Origin: Octopus bimaculoides
Taxonomy: Eukaryota
Length of the DNA: 44,624 bases
Assembly: GCF_001194135.2 (NCBI RefSeq)
Contig: NC_068984.1
Coordinates: 29,878,550 to 29,923,173 of the forward strand
Direction: 5' to 3'
Positions 12,517 through 24,640 of this stretch are shown piece after piece. Numbering within the stretch: the first letter of the stretch is position 1; each line of letters starts with the position of its first letter. The notes under the pieces are model-generated. The model made no database searches and had not been told where the DNA came from. It saw nothing but the letters and a program-made list of their open reading frames with translations. The translations under genes were made by a program, and so were the position numbers.

Positions 12517-12604
12517 GCTTTATTTATCAAATATGGTCCGCTTCAATTTTTATCATTCTAACTCAAGTAGGTAGCAGTAAGAGGGAAGTACTAGTGTATT
12601 AAAT

Positions 12605-12720
12605 GTAGCGTTATTAACTTCAGGTCCAAATGCTTTTGAGTTAGACCTGCATTTCATCCTTTCAATTTATTTAAAATAACTACTTGCAATGTACTTATTA
12701 CACCGATTAAAATTGTATCC
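12605..12720 (+). mobile_element. Highly decayed family B SINE core
   Basis: tcaggtccaaatgcttttgagttagacctgcatttcatcctttc..aaaataactac aligns with the family B core. Confidence 0.5.
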
Positions 12721-13431
12721 TAAAATAGTTAAGACATAGAATAGTCATATGCCAAAATTAGAAGTAATTGTTTTAATGAGTAGGCAACTCAAATTAATAT
12801 TTGATATAACTCCAATATCAAGTGCTTTGAACAAGCTTCACACATTCGAAAGGGCACATTACAAAACCTTTAATTACTCTTAAAGTATAATGACAGACAC
12901 CTCAGTCAACTTAGCCAGCATCCTGTCCAACAAGTACTGCAATCATAAATATATGTTTTATATTTTATCTTAAATGCTTTTGTTCGTGCACTTCATTCTC
13001 TGGTCAATGGTCATACATGAATGAATGCAGTGTATTCTGCATGTTATGCTTATGTCTTTAATGTTCTATAATAATGTTGTGTGGCTTTGTGAAGTAAATT
13101 TCGTAGTTCATATAAAGAGGAAATAACTGACGTATTAAACGAAAAAAATAGCAGAAACTTCTAAGCAATTATTTAAAATAAACAATCTGATCGTTTCTAT
13201 ACAATATGAGATCGATTAGTCCTTCGCTTTATAAATCTAATAGGCATTGAGTTGGGATATAAAAGCTGCCACTAATTTGGGCTAGTCTATAAAATATAAT
13301 CGAATCATTAATTATTATAAAATTATATAATTCTGAAAAGCCTACTTAATTAAAATACCCTATCGAATAACTTGCGGCTAATAACCCTCAAGAGAAAAAT
13401 CGATTAGGTGATGACAAAAAATACAACAATA

Positions 13432-13498
13432 GCAACAACATCAATAATAATAATAATAATAATGATGATGATGANNNNNNNNNNTGATGATGATGATA
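13432..13498. repeat. (AAC)/(AAT)/(GAT)n repeat with a 10-N gap (13475-13484)
   Basis: Visible trinucleotide runs. Confidence 0.9.
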
Positions 13499-13920
13499 TT
13501 CCCTTTACTGAAATGAAATCGCATTTCTAGAGATAAAACAGTAGCCTTAAGCAAATTAAGTTCATGCAAACAAGCGATAATAAAACCTGTATAAATAATC
13601 AAAGATGATTTCAATTGAACAAATTGGAAGGCAACAATACCGTTAATTATTTACAACAGAAACATACAAAACATCTGCTCTTCACATCAATAAAGCATTC
13701 AGTGGAGTATGACCTCGTAGTCTCTTCACGAAATTTACTATTCGATGGCAACCACTTGAATATTCTTACTAGCAAGTTAGCCGGGTTCTTCTTAACTTCG
13801 TCCGTTGAATTCTACTCTTGTGTAGTAGCTTCTTCAACACTGCGGCCTGATACACTGCTGTTTGCTGTGACTGATCTTAAAGGTAGTGCTAAACCTACTG
13901 TAGTCGTAAAAAAACATCAA

Positions 13921-13947
13921 GTAGTAGTAGTAGTAGTAGTAGTAGTA
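13921..13947. repeat. (GTA)n microsatellite
   Basis: Pure gtagtagta run; source of the poly-V in ORF 13615-14046. Confidence 0.95.
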
Positions 13948-14384
13948 AGAGTAGAAGGAGGAGGAGGGAGAGGGAGAGATGGGGCTAAGAGAAGGAACAG
14001 TAAACTATTCTGTGCAAAAAAAAAAAGAAAGCGTGAAAATGTTTGAAAAAAATGTTCTCGCCAGCCTAGGCATTTTTTCTTCACGTTTTCCGTGTGAGAG
14101 AGATAATGATTTCAGATGAGACAAAATGCAAAATTTGAAAACAAAAAGTACTGAAACGATCCCACAGCTAATAACCGAAACATGCTGAGAAAATTGACAT
14201 TATACTTCCCTACTGAAACTGAACGTGTGCTTTTTAGGCCTGTCATGTAAAATGACCTAAATTTTCACTTAGTTTTGAAGAACATTCTAACTGAACTAAA
14301 GTAATATAGATTAAAGTAGGTTAGAATTCGTGACTCTACCGATAATGGTTTCTAATATAGGTAAAGGACTAGCAAATATGAGAG

Positions 14385-14545
14385 AATAATGTTAGTCGTT
14401 GCCTTTGAATCCACTACACGAATGGTACTGTAGTTTAGCGACCTTGAAGGTGGTGTGAAAGTTAAAGCTTACCTCAGCTAGATTTAAAATCAGAATATAA
14501 AGAACTGGAATAAATACTGAAAGGCATTTTTTCAGTTGCTGTACA
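14385..14545 (-). mobile_element. Highly decayed family B SINE
   Basis: tggtactgtagtttagcgaccttgaaggtggtgtgaaagttaaagcttacctcagctagatttaaaatcagaat is the reverse complement of the family B core. Confidence 0.5.
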
Positions 14546-15895
14546 TTATCTAGTTGGTCATCTTAGGATTACATTCCCCTATTTGGGATATATGAAAAGA
14601 TCAGTTCGTTCAGGGCTGAGTCAGATTTGCGCAATAGAAATAGATGAATGAGTAACCGGTCTCAGATAAACTTTGCACTAAAAGTATATGATGCATGCAA
14701 GTACTACTAGTCATTTAGACTAAAATTTAACATTTACTGCCATGCCAATGAATGAGATGTTGCATTACTGCGTCTTGATCTCCAGAAGCATAACTCCTTA
14801 ATGTACCTAACATTTCTAAGTGCCTTAGAAATTAGCTCGGTGTACACTATAGCACAAAAACGATGTGATAGTCACGATAGAAATATTTTTGATTGAATGT
14901 ATACTTGACAAATTAGACATGACTTCTAAAAGTAACTCACAGCAAGGACTAAAGGAAAATTGTCATTTTTATTTAGTTTTACGATGCAGTTGTAAGTAAT
15001 AGCATTCAGAGAAGTACTTACTTGCACGGTTCATAAATTTTATTGAAATTTAGCGGAATTACCGTATATAAATAGTCTTTTTTTTTTTTGCACTAAAACA
15101 TTTGTTATTGTGAGTTATTGCTATTATATTCACTGCAGGCTAACAATATCGATCATTGACAAAATTAGGTTGGTACACTATTCTCTAAGTGAGAGTCGAT
15201 TTACGTATTTATGTTTAACGCCTGTGAGCGTCTCTGCAATATATATTCGTATAACAGATTTGATTTTCTTCGGTCACTTGGGATTCAAATGTTGCAACTA
15301 TTTCATTTATGTAGTCAATTTCTGAGTAATTCAAATAAGAAATTGAATACATAAAATACACCCGTACACACATAAAAACACAGAGACAAACACACACATG
15401 TCTATGTAATATGTGTGTGTGTGTGTGTGTATGTGTGTGTGTGTGTGCGTGTGTGTGCGCATGTGTGTGTGTGTAGTACTCAACAGAGCAACATCAGAAA
15501 GATAGAAATAATTTATTTATTAGAAAGCTTTTCTGTAAGTTTTAGAAAGATGTTAGCACATTAATCACATTCTTTCTATGCGGTTCATGTGCGAAAAGAG
15601 GAGCCCCCTGTCGGACCGTTCCATAGGGTGTTTACCACTCTTCAAGGAACATATAGCCGGTTTCCTTACCAATCAAAAACAAAAATCATCTGTTATATAA
15701 AGCAGTTGAAAATTAGATTTGCCCAATTGTGTATAGTCTAATTTGTATATTTGTACTTTTAACGGCTAGCATTTATTTAAATATCTATTTTATATACAAC
15801 ACAGCGTAAATATAATGTACTATATATAAATTAGATAATGTTTATTTAATGAAGAGCTGTTAAATGTAGAAATTTATGATTGCTTTATATAACAG

Positions 15896-17237
15896 AATTC
15901 AATCAGGCCTGATGGAATTCTCTCTGAAGTTATCAAGACGTGCAATCTGGATGAAATAATACTGGATTTTGCGAATAAGCTCTTGCTGAGCCAGGGAAGT
16001 CCAGATCAGTAGTCCGGGATTTACCTGAACCAGAAAACCTCAGCAATGAAATCTAACCACAAATGCACTGTCCAATATTTAACTCAAAGCCATCAACAGA
16101 AGGAACCTCAACAAGTTTCAAAACGTGATTCATAGCCATTTGTGACCAAATCAAAATGGATTTAGACCAGGGAGATCTGAACTTCAGATTTTGCCCTGAG
16201 GTGTATCATAGAAGGAGTTAAATCAAAACAGCTATCTGCTATTATAACCTTCGTGGGCTTTAGTAGAACGTCTAACAACATCCACTGTGACGAAATGTTA
16301 AAGAACCTTCGAGCATATGGCATTCCAGAAGAACTAGTTCTTGCCATTGAAAAGATTTATGAGAAGACTAGAGCTCGTGTGATGTCATCTAACGGAGAAA
16401 TGGAGTTCTTTCATATACTACCTGAGGTTCTACAAGGAGACATGCTTGCACCTTAAATGTTTGTAATTGTATTGGATTATGCAATGCAGCAGGCTATAAA
16501 CAATGATGAGGACCTTGGTTTCACAATTGATCGGCAAAAATCGCGGACAGTATCAGCAGTAACCATCACATATCTGGACTTTGCAGATAAGTAGAAACAT
16601 CAGCTGCCAAATGTCAAGAAAAACGAATATGTCTTTCAACCAGTCAAGCAATATTTGCCTCGAGCGGTTCCAAATTGAATGTTGCTAAATACTTCTTAGT
16701 TGTTGGGTGAGCAGTTCAGAAGCAGATATCAAGATCAGGAATGCACAAGCGTGGATAGCCTGTAACAAACTAAAGAAGGTTTCCAACTCCAAATTGCCCA
16801 AACTGCCCATTGCAATTATCGAATCTAGTGTCATTATAATATGGCAGTAAAACATGGACACTGATGAAGTAATTATCAAACGAGCTAGATGGCTGCTACA
16901 AAAGGATTTCTGTAAATGGACCTAAATGTGAAATAGCAGCAACATATGACAAGTCAATATCTTTATGGAGACCAGTCAACAGTTAGCGAGAAGCTCAGGC
17001 AAAGACGGCTGTGACTATCTGGTCTCTCCCTGACCTAAGAAGATCCAAATTAGTCTTGTGGAAGCGACTTCGTGGTGACGTAAGAAGACGAAAACTCTAC
17101 CATGCATCGACAACTTGATCCTTGGCACTGGACTAGAATATATCCAGGGACTACTGGCAGAGATGTTGGGCCGAGAAGTGTGGCGGGTGGACCTTGCTGC
17201 TGCAGCCCGAGTTAGAACCCGGCCATTATAATTATAA
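15896..17237 (+). mobile_element. 5'-truncated RTE-clade LINE (RT and C-terminus), pseudogenised
   Basis: GPDGI, NQNGFRPGRS, ..IEGVKSKQLSAIITFVGF, LRAYGIPEELVLAIEKIYE, VLQGDMLAP, YLDFAD, KLRQRRL and KLVLWK across stops and frameshifts; (attata)n tail; perfect 11-bp TSD TTATATAACAG at 15885-15895 and 17238-17248. Confidence 0.9.
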
Positions 17238-17689
17238 TTATATAACAGCTAACCTATGCTGTTGATTAAAGGAAGGAAGCCGTGTACGTCCTCGATGAGG
17301 AATGGTCCATCGTTACTAATGTTACAATGTTAATGAAACGTTTTACAATGATATACTTTTTTAAAAGTCGAAAGATGACAATATTTCGATATGCCATCAA
17401 AATACGAACAATATTTTAAATTAAACATTTTGCTAACAAAACGAGCTGATGTTTACCATTTCCCTTTTATTTTTATATTCTTAAATCGTATTTTACTTCA
17501 CTGCTTAAAATGAAAAAGTTATTCGAAAAACTTTATGCATAAATCGAATTTATATATTTTTATTTCATTGAATGTGAATAAGGCGCATTTTGTTTAATGA
17601 CTAATTTAATTCTATTTCTTTCTTTCGTCATAAGGGGGCGAAATTTTAAAGGACATACCATTTATTTAAAGAGACGAATGCTGTAATAT

Positions 17690-17719
17690 CTATCTATCTA
17701 TCCATCTATCTTTTCTTTC

Positions 17720-17817
<98 letters not shown>

Positions 17818-17847
17818 CGTATGTGTGTTTGTAAATGAATACATGCT

Positions 17848-17881
<34 letters not shown>

Positions 17882-18112
17882 ATTTGCCAACGTGTGCATG
17901 TACACATGTGTATATATATATATATATATATATTAATGTATGTATGTAGTATGTATTTATATGTATGTGCATCGATACATGCATACATCTGAGAATAGGT
18001 GTTGTTTACATAAATATTCACGTATATATATTCTTGTGTGTCTGTTATGTTCGTCAATATATGCAGTTTCTAATTATATGTATCGCGCGCACACAGTCAC
18101 ACACACATACTC

Positions 18113-18171
<59 letters not shown>

Positions 18172-18175
18172 ATAT
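17690..18175. repeat. Compound (TATC)/(CT)/(TA)/(TG)/(CA) microsatellite block
   Basis: Consecutive simple repeats. Confidence 0.9.
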
Positions 18176-20111
18176 GTTTGTATATAGATATATATGTGTT
18201 TGCAAGAGATAATAGAAAATTGCTTTTAAATATATTTATTATTACGTTTGCCTATGCAGTTCAACGTTTTTGTGCCTCCGGATATATGAAGAGAACTATA
18301 TACATAATTGTAGAGGTATGCTTGCATCAATGTAACCTTGCCTGCATTCGTATATTCCTCAATTATACAAGCACATAGACAAAGACATATACTTAACATA
18401 TATACGGCTATTCATATATGTATCTTTTACATAAAGAATGTGTAAGTGTTTGAATATTAAAGTAAGAATCACAAATCAGAAAATTCTGAAAATATATTTA
18501 TGAATCACACAGTCACGTATGTATTTATCACTTCATTGGGATGTTACTTGAAGCTGCACAATTTAATGGGCGTGAGCTATCCGATATTTGAATATTTTTC
18601 TCTTATTGACGTATTGTTTTTTGTTTCTCTTACATAGAAAAGCTAATGAACTGAATAAGCTAATGAACTATCGAAAAGTCGCCTTGAAATTCTAATTTGA
18701 AAGCACTAGTTGTTTACAAAGAATTGCTGTCTTCGAATATATTCTTCGATGCTTTGTTTAGATTAAATTTGGCGAGCATGTAATATATCAATCACATTTA
18801 TTTATGCGCATCTATCACGAAAATCAAATGTGTACAATTCATTTATTTTTATCAATTGATGATTCTAAAGTACTTGCTTTTTTTAAGGTAAGGTTCTACT
18901 ATTTCATGGAGTAGAGTGTACATCATTTTCTTTTACATCTTTTTGTCTTTAAGTATGTTTATTCCATTGTTTATTAAGTAACTGATTTGATATTTACTGT
19001 TCTTGTTGCAACTATTTTAGCATACTTCTCGTCCCCGGTTAACATTGATTGAGCAGATCTTTGAGTAAATGATTGAGCAGATATTTGAGGCCATCACAAA
19101 TATATCATATTTCCAGTATATTGTGCCTTATATTATTCGTTGTGTTGCCTCTTATATAAGACTTTATTTCAACCATATAAACGTCCCATCATTTCTTTCT
19201 TGTGACGCTGTTGTGTTGAAGTAGAACACCCCTATTGGTTGGCTCCTAATGGAATGCGATGCGATATAAATGGATATACGGTGAGAGCCTTCAGTGGTGT
19301 AAAGCAGAGTAAAGTGGAGATTTGCGTATTATCAAGGGTTATTAGCAGTATCTGGATTAGAACGATTTGCGAGGACATTATTATTATCCCGTTATATCGT
19401 ACGTCGAACGTGCGATACAAGGGAAAATGAAAAAGAACAGGGCAGATATCATTCATGACATTTTTCAGAGTCTCCAAAACTGGAGTTAGGAAAGGGAAAA
19501 TGTATCACAAACCAGCAGACCCTACTCTCTATTGAATATTAAGTAATGGCAGAAGAAATTTTACTTTTATGAAATATTGTTATTTGTATTATTAATACCA
19601 TTTATATTCGTTTCCAATTACAAAAGCAATGATTAATGCAATGATCTAGCAAATATAACTTGCTTGTAATAGACGTGTCGACTGAAAGAATGAACAAGGG
19701 GATCGTATTTTTAAGCAGTTTCTGCAGCATGACAATTAAAGAATTGTATAAATGCCAAGTATCTTTTATATTTCGTTTATGGCGGATGTGTGCAAAATTT
19801 TAGTGATATTTTTCGTGTGAAGGTCTGGTATTTGGCATTTACACTGGTGCAGTCAGATACTCTAATTACTGTTTCTAGATTTAAATCTATCCCCTTATTG
19901 TTTGTACGCCAAAATTACGCATTAGGGAAAGCATGCTTTCTGAATTTCATGTAGTAGTTCATTAGGTGATTAAATAAAATGAATATGAAACCCTTGTACG
20001 TTATCCAAATATTATGAGAGTATATCGTTTAGATTTAAACACAGTTGATAATTTGTCTTCGGTTGCATAGAATCAGATACAATATGCACGGAAGAATATA
20101 AGTAAAAATAC

Positions 20112-20860
20112 NNNNNNNNNNNNNNNNNNNNNNNNNNNNNNNNNNNNNNNNNNNNNNNNNNNNNNNNNNNNNNNNNNNNNNNNNNNNNNNNNNNNNNNNN
20201 NNNNNNNNNNNNNNNNNNNNNNNNNNNNNNNNNNNNNNNNNNNNNNNNNNNNNNNNNNNNNNNNNNNNNNNNNNNNNNNNNNNNNNNNNNNNNNNNNNNN
20301 NNNNNNNNNNNNNNNNNNNNNNNNNNNNNNNNNNNNNNNNNNNNNNNNNNNNNNNNNNNNNNNNNNNNNNNNNNNNNNNNNNNNNNNNNNNNNNNNNNNN
20401 NNNNNNNNNNNNNNNNNNNNNNNNNNNNNNNNNNNNNNNNNNNNNNNNNNNNNNNNNNNNNNNNNNNNNNNNNNNNNNNNNNNNNNNNNNNNNNNNNNNN
20501 NNNNNNNNNNNNNNNNNNNNNNNNNNNNNNNNNNNNNNNNNNNNNNNNNNNNNNNNNNNNNNNNNNNNNNNNNNNNNNNNNNNNNNNNNNNNNNNNNNNN
20601 NNNNNNNNNNNNNNNNNNNNNNNNNNNNNNNNNNNNNNNNNNNNNNNNNNNNNNNNNNNNNNNNNNNNNNNNNNNNNNNNNNNNNNNNNNNNNNNNNNNN
20701 NNNNNNNNNNNNNNNNNNNNNNNNNNNNNNNNNNNNNNNNNNNNNNNNNNNNNNNNNNNNNNNNNNNNNNNNNNNNNNNNNNNNNNNNNNNNNNNNNNNN
20801 NNNNNNNNNNNNNNNNNNNNNNNNNNNNNNNNNNNNNNNNNNNNNNNNNNNNNNNNNNNN
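20112..20860. other. Assembly gap (N) not flanked by microsatellite
   Basis: N run abutting the Helitron-associated sequence. Confidence 0.95.
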
Positions 20861-21415
20861 ACAAGGAAACGAAAAACATCGACACACCTACAAAAAGACA
20901 ATTCAAGTCGAAACTGAATCCTTCGATGCTCCTTGGGCTTATGGCCTATTCAAACGTCAAAAGGAACCGTGACAAATGGGTGTTCCGCTTGACCTGTGAC
21001 ATTTTCAGTGTCATCGCACAGTGACCTGGATTCGGTAAAGCTATTTTTCTAGATGATATAGCTATTTTCCTATCTTGTCGGTTCAGATATTAATATACAC
21101 ACTTCTTTGAGATTGGGGGTAAGAATCCGACAGTGAAGAGAAACGCATGACATACACACAGACAGGGAAAAGAAAAACATCGACACACTCACAAAAATAC
21201 AATTCACATCAACAACATGCATTCCGAATGACAGATGTTTCATTTTAACTACCGACAGCTACATTTAAACTTCTCTATCACACAAAGCCTAGCCATGCAT
21301 TCCTGTAATATAGCGTCAGAAATTCAGCGTTAACACTGACAAGGCACAGTATTTGTAATTTCATTTGAGTATTACATACTGATATTTCTTATAAAAGAAA
21401 AAAGTCTCGTAAAAA

Positions 21416-22275
21416 ATGAGCGCCAGAAAACGAAAACCAAAGAAGCGCCCGACCTGCAGCAGAAAATGAAGATCAAAGAAATGCATGGCGTGCAGATAGC
21501 CAACAAAGAATGGCAACTGGACGTGCAGCAGAAAACGAAGATCAAAAAAATACACGACGGGCAGACAGCTAATAAATAGCAACTGGACGTGCAGCGGAAA
21601 ACGAAGATCAAAGAATTGCACGACGTGCAGATAGCCAACAAAAATGGCAGCTCGACGTGCAGCAAAAAACGAAGATCAAAGAAATGCACGACGTGCAGAT
21701 AGCAAAAATAAAAAATAAAAAAAAGAATGGCTATCTGCACGTGCAGCAGTAAACGAAGATCAAAGAAATGCACGACTTGCAGTTGATCGTCTGCAAAGAG
21801 CATCACATCGTATGCAAGAAACACAAAACACTGCAAATAGACATGATAATGACCGAATCAGGCACAACGAACGTAGGTCACGCGCAGCAATGGCGTCTTG
21901 CTGCTTTCAGTTACAACATCAATCATTGCTATGAATCTGAAATTGGCTCAACGTCTCACCAATGTTTTTATTGTGGTGGAAAAAAGTGTTTAAAGGAACC
22001 ACCTGGATGGAAAATTATACTACCTTTCTTTCCTAACCCTCCTGAAGAAAGGAAAAATTTTCTTCATGGAACTTACTCTGCCCCATTTAAAGCATTTTCT
22101 CCAAAAAATACAACACTATAATAATGCTTTTCAAATGACTTCATTCGGAGTAAATATTGTGAATGAGAGAGGATTCATGCCCACATTCAAAATCCAAGGG
22201 CAAACATATCATCGAATTGGTAGCATTTTACCACTAGAAAATGAAGACCATAAATATCTGTATATTTATACTTGA
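21416..22275 (+). pseudogene. Helitron Rep/helicase N-terminal pseudogene
   Basis: MSARKRKPKK, then AAENEDQRNARRADSQQRMA repeats, AFSYNINHCYESEIGSTSHQCFYCGGKK..EPPG..KIILPFFPNPPE, HFLQKIQHYNNAFQMTSFG..GFMPTFKIQGQTYHRIGSILP; multiple frameshifts and stops. Confidence 0.88.
21456..21790 (+). repeat. ~69-nt coding minisatellite, ~5 units (23 aa)
   Basis: Unit gcagcagaaaa(t/c)gaagatcaaagaaatgcacgacgtgcagatagccaacaaagaatggcaactggacgt repeated contiguously. Confidence 0.92.
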
Positions 22276-23877
22276 ATAATCATTGTCTGAACATTTTCCA
22301 GTCTTTGTTTTCCCTCTATTTGCATGTATACATATTTATATCTTGTATATCAAACCCAAGCAGTTGCACTTGTTTATATGCGTCCATTTCAGCTCACCTT
22401 GATTCCTCTTGTATTCATTCTTTACTCATTCTTTGAGCGGTGCTGTGTTTTTTTTTATTGAGAATCTCTGGATATCTTCTGTTTACACGCACTCTCACAC
22501 ACACACTCGCTCTCTCTCTCTCTCTCATTATATATATATATATATATATTCACTCTTATTTCATATATATGACACCTAATTTTCCTCAAGGTGTTTGGAT
22601 ACCTAGCTATAAAATGAGAGAGAGACAAGAAGTAAGTCCAATCATACAAATGTTGAAGCAAAGTTTATTTGATGTGCATACATTGAAAAATTGAAGAAAT
22701 TCCGTTTTGTTACCGAAGGTCACTGAAACATTTTAGCCAAAGTAATCATGTTCTTGATCTGTTAATTTATGGTTAATGTATAACATTTCTGCTGAATCTC
22801 CTCAAGTGTAGTGGACTTTAAATAACCTCGAAGAAATATATCGTTCAAACACAGAAATTTGAATGGCTCATAGAATGCGTTTTCATTTGAATGTCATTTG
22901 ATTGCAGGTTCAGATAACTACACCACCGTAAACCAAGCGTATTGCAAATGTCATTATATCTAACGAATAACCTAAACATAATACAGTGATTCTGTAAATG
23001 TTACTGTTACTTTTGTTATACTCTTGTCGCCTTGAAATTAAGAAATGACTGTGTCGTCTTTTAAGAAATCTTGACGAATATTTAAGATATTTCAACCTCT
23101 TGAAAGTCAATGTCTTCTCAATATTAATGTTAATTTAAGCCTGCATATCATTAGGTGTGCAATTTTATTATTTATTAAGAACGAGACTATAAAATATTGA
23201 AAAGAGTACTTTGTAGATGGAAAATATTTGAGGGTGAAGCAGCAGGACACGTTAAATCAATAATGCCTTATAAAATAATAGTCGATAACGAACCAATCAG
23301 CGTTAGTGAATCCTTAAGATAGTTAAGATTTTCTTGCATCTTGATGTCGATCATTATGTTTATATATATTATTAAACTTACATGTCAGCGTGCTCTGTAT
23401 CATAATCTTTAGAAAATAGTGAATATGAAGAATGATAATGTATAAATGAATACTTCTTAGGTGGTGAATATATAAACCAAAATAATTCACTTAAACGAAA
23501 AAATAATTCGTTAATGTTATAGGCGTATAAAAGATTTACCGCAGCATGGTTTACATATTTTAGTATTACACAATGATGCTATAGAAATATTTAGAAAGTA
23601 CCTAGACATCTGATCCCACTTCTTTAATCTCTTACCCGCTAATAAATATGAATAAAATCTCATATAAATTAACGTTTTAATAGAAACAACATCGAGTTTA
23701 GCTGAATAATGAATGTTTACGAGTGCAATGTGCCTTATGTAGTTGACGGGTGGGATAATTAAATTTGTTCATCCTTTATTGCTTTTCAAATCTCAATTAC
23801 ATACATATACAGACATATATACATACGTACAACCACATAAGCATACACTTATGCACACATCTCTTCCTTGCTCGCTA

Positions 23878-23879
<2 letters not shown>

Positions 23880-23913
<34 letters not shown>

Positions 23914-24551
23914 GTATATATATATACATATATATAATATCTACACCTATATAATATATTTATGTATATATATGTATACATATATACCTATATATATAAT
24001 ATATATGTATATGTATATATACATATATATATNNNNNNNNNNNNNNNNNNNNNNNNNNNNNNNNNNNNNNNNNNNNNNNNNNNNNNNNNNNNNNNNNNNN
24101 NNNNNNNNNNNNNNNNNNNNNNNNNNNNNNNNNNNNNNNNNNNNNNNNNNNNNNNNNNNNNNNNNNNNNNNNNNNNNNNNNNNNNNNNNNNNNNNNNNNN
24201 NNNNNNNNNNNNNNNNNNNNNNNNNNNNNNNNNNNNNNNNNNNNNNNNNNNNNNNNNNNNNNNNNNNNNNNNNNNNNNNNNNNNNNNNNNNNNNNNNNNN
24301 NNNNNNNNNNNNNNNNNNNNNNNNNNNNNNNNNNNNNNNNNNNNNNNNNNNNNNNNNNNNNNNNNNNNNNNNNNNNNNNNNNNNNNNNNNNNNNNNNNNN
24401 NNNNNNNNNNNNNNNNNNNNNNNNNNNNNNNNNNNNNNNNNNNNNNNNNNNNNNNNNNNNNNNNNNNNNNNNNNNNNNNNNNNNNNNNNNNNNNNNNNNN
24501 NNNNNNNNNNNNNNNNNNNNNNNNNNNNNNNNNNNNNNNNNNNNNNNNNNN

Positions 24552-24589
<38 letters not shown>

Positions 24590-24640
24590 CAGAGAGAGAG
24601 GGAGGGAGAGAGTGGGATGGAGAGAGAGGGAGGGAGAGAG
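23880..24640. repeat. (TA)n, gap (N 24033-24551) and (GA)n
   Basis: Simple repeats on both sides of the N run. Confidence 0.95.

Larger units (their letters stand above)
20861..22275 (+). mobile_element. Helitron 5' portion (putative leader plus Rep N-terminus), truncated
   Basis: Contains Rep N-terminal motifs and a 45-bp direct repeat at 20861 and 21162; the left boundary is hidden by the gap. Confidence 0.8.

Noticed and set aside
15660-15730. CCAAT plus TATATAAAG promoter-like pair
   Set aside because: Spacing is short and there is no good Inr at the expected distance.
19046-19089. 20-bp direct repeat with period 24
   Set aside because: Two copies only; ordinary local duplication, probably in a repeat relic.
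21456-21790. CRISPR-like regular repeats
   Set aside because: Units are contiguous with no unique spacers, encode a Helitron peptide repeat, and the DNA is eukaryotic.
23291-23302. Consensus NF-Y box AACCAATCAGC
   Set aside because: Isolated; no properly placed TATA/Inr or CpG-rich context.
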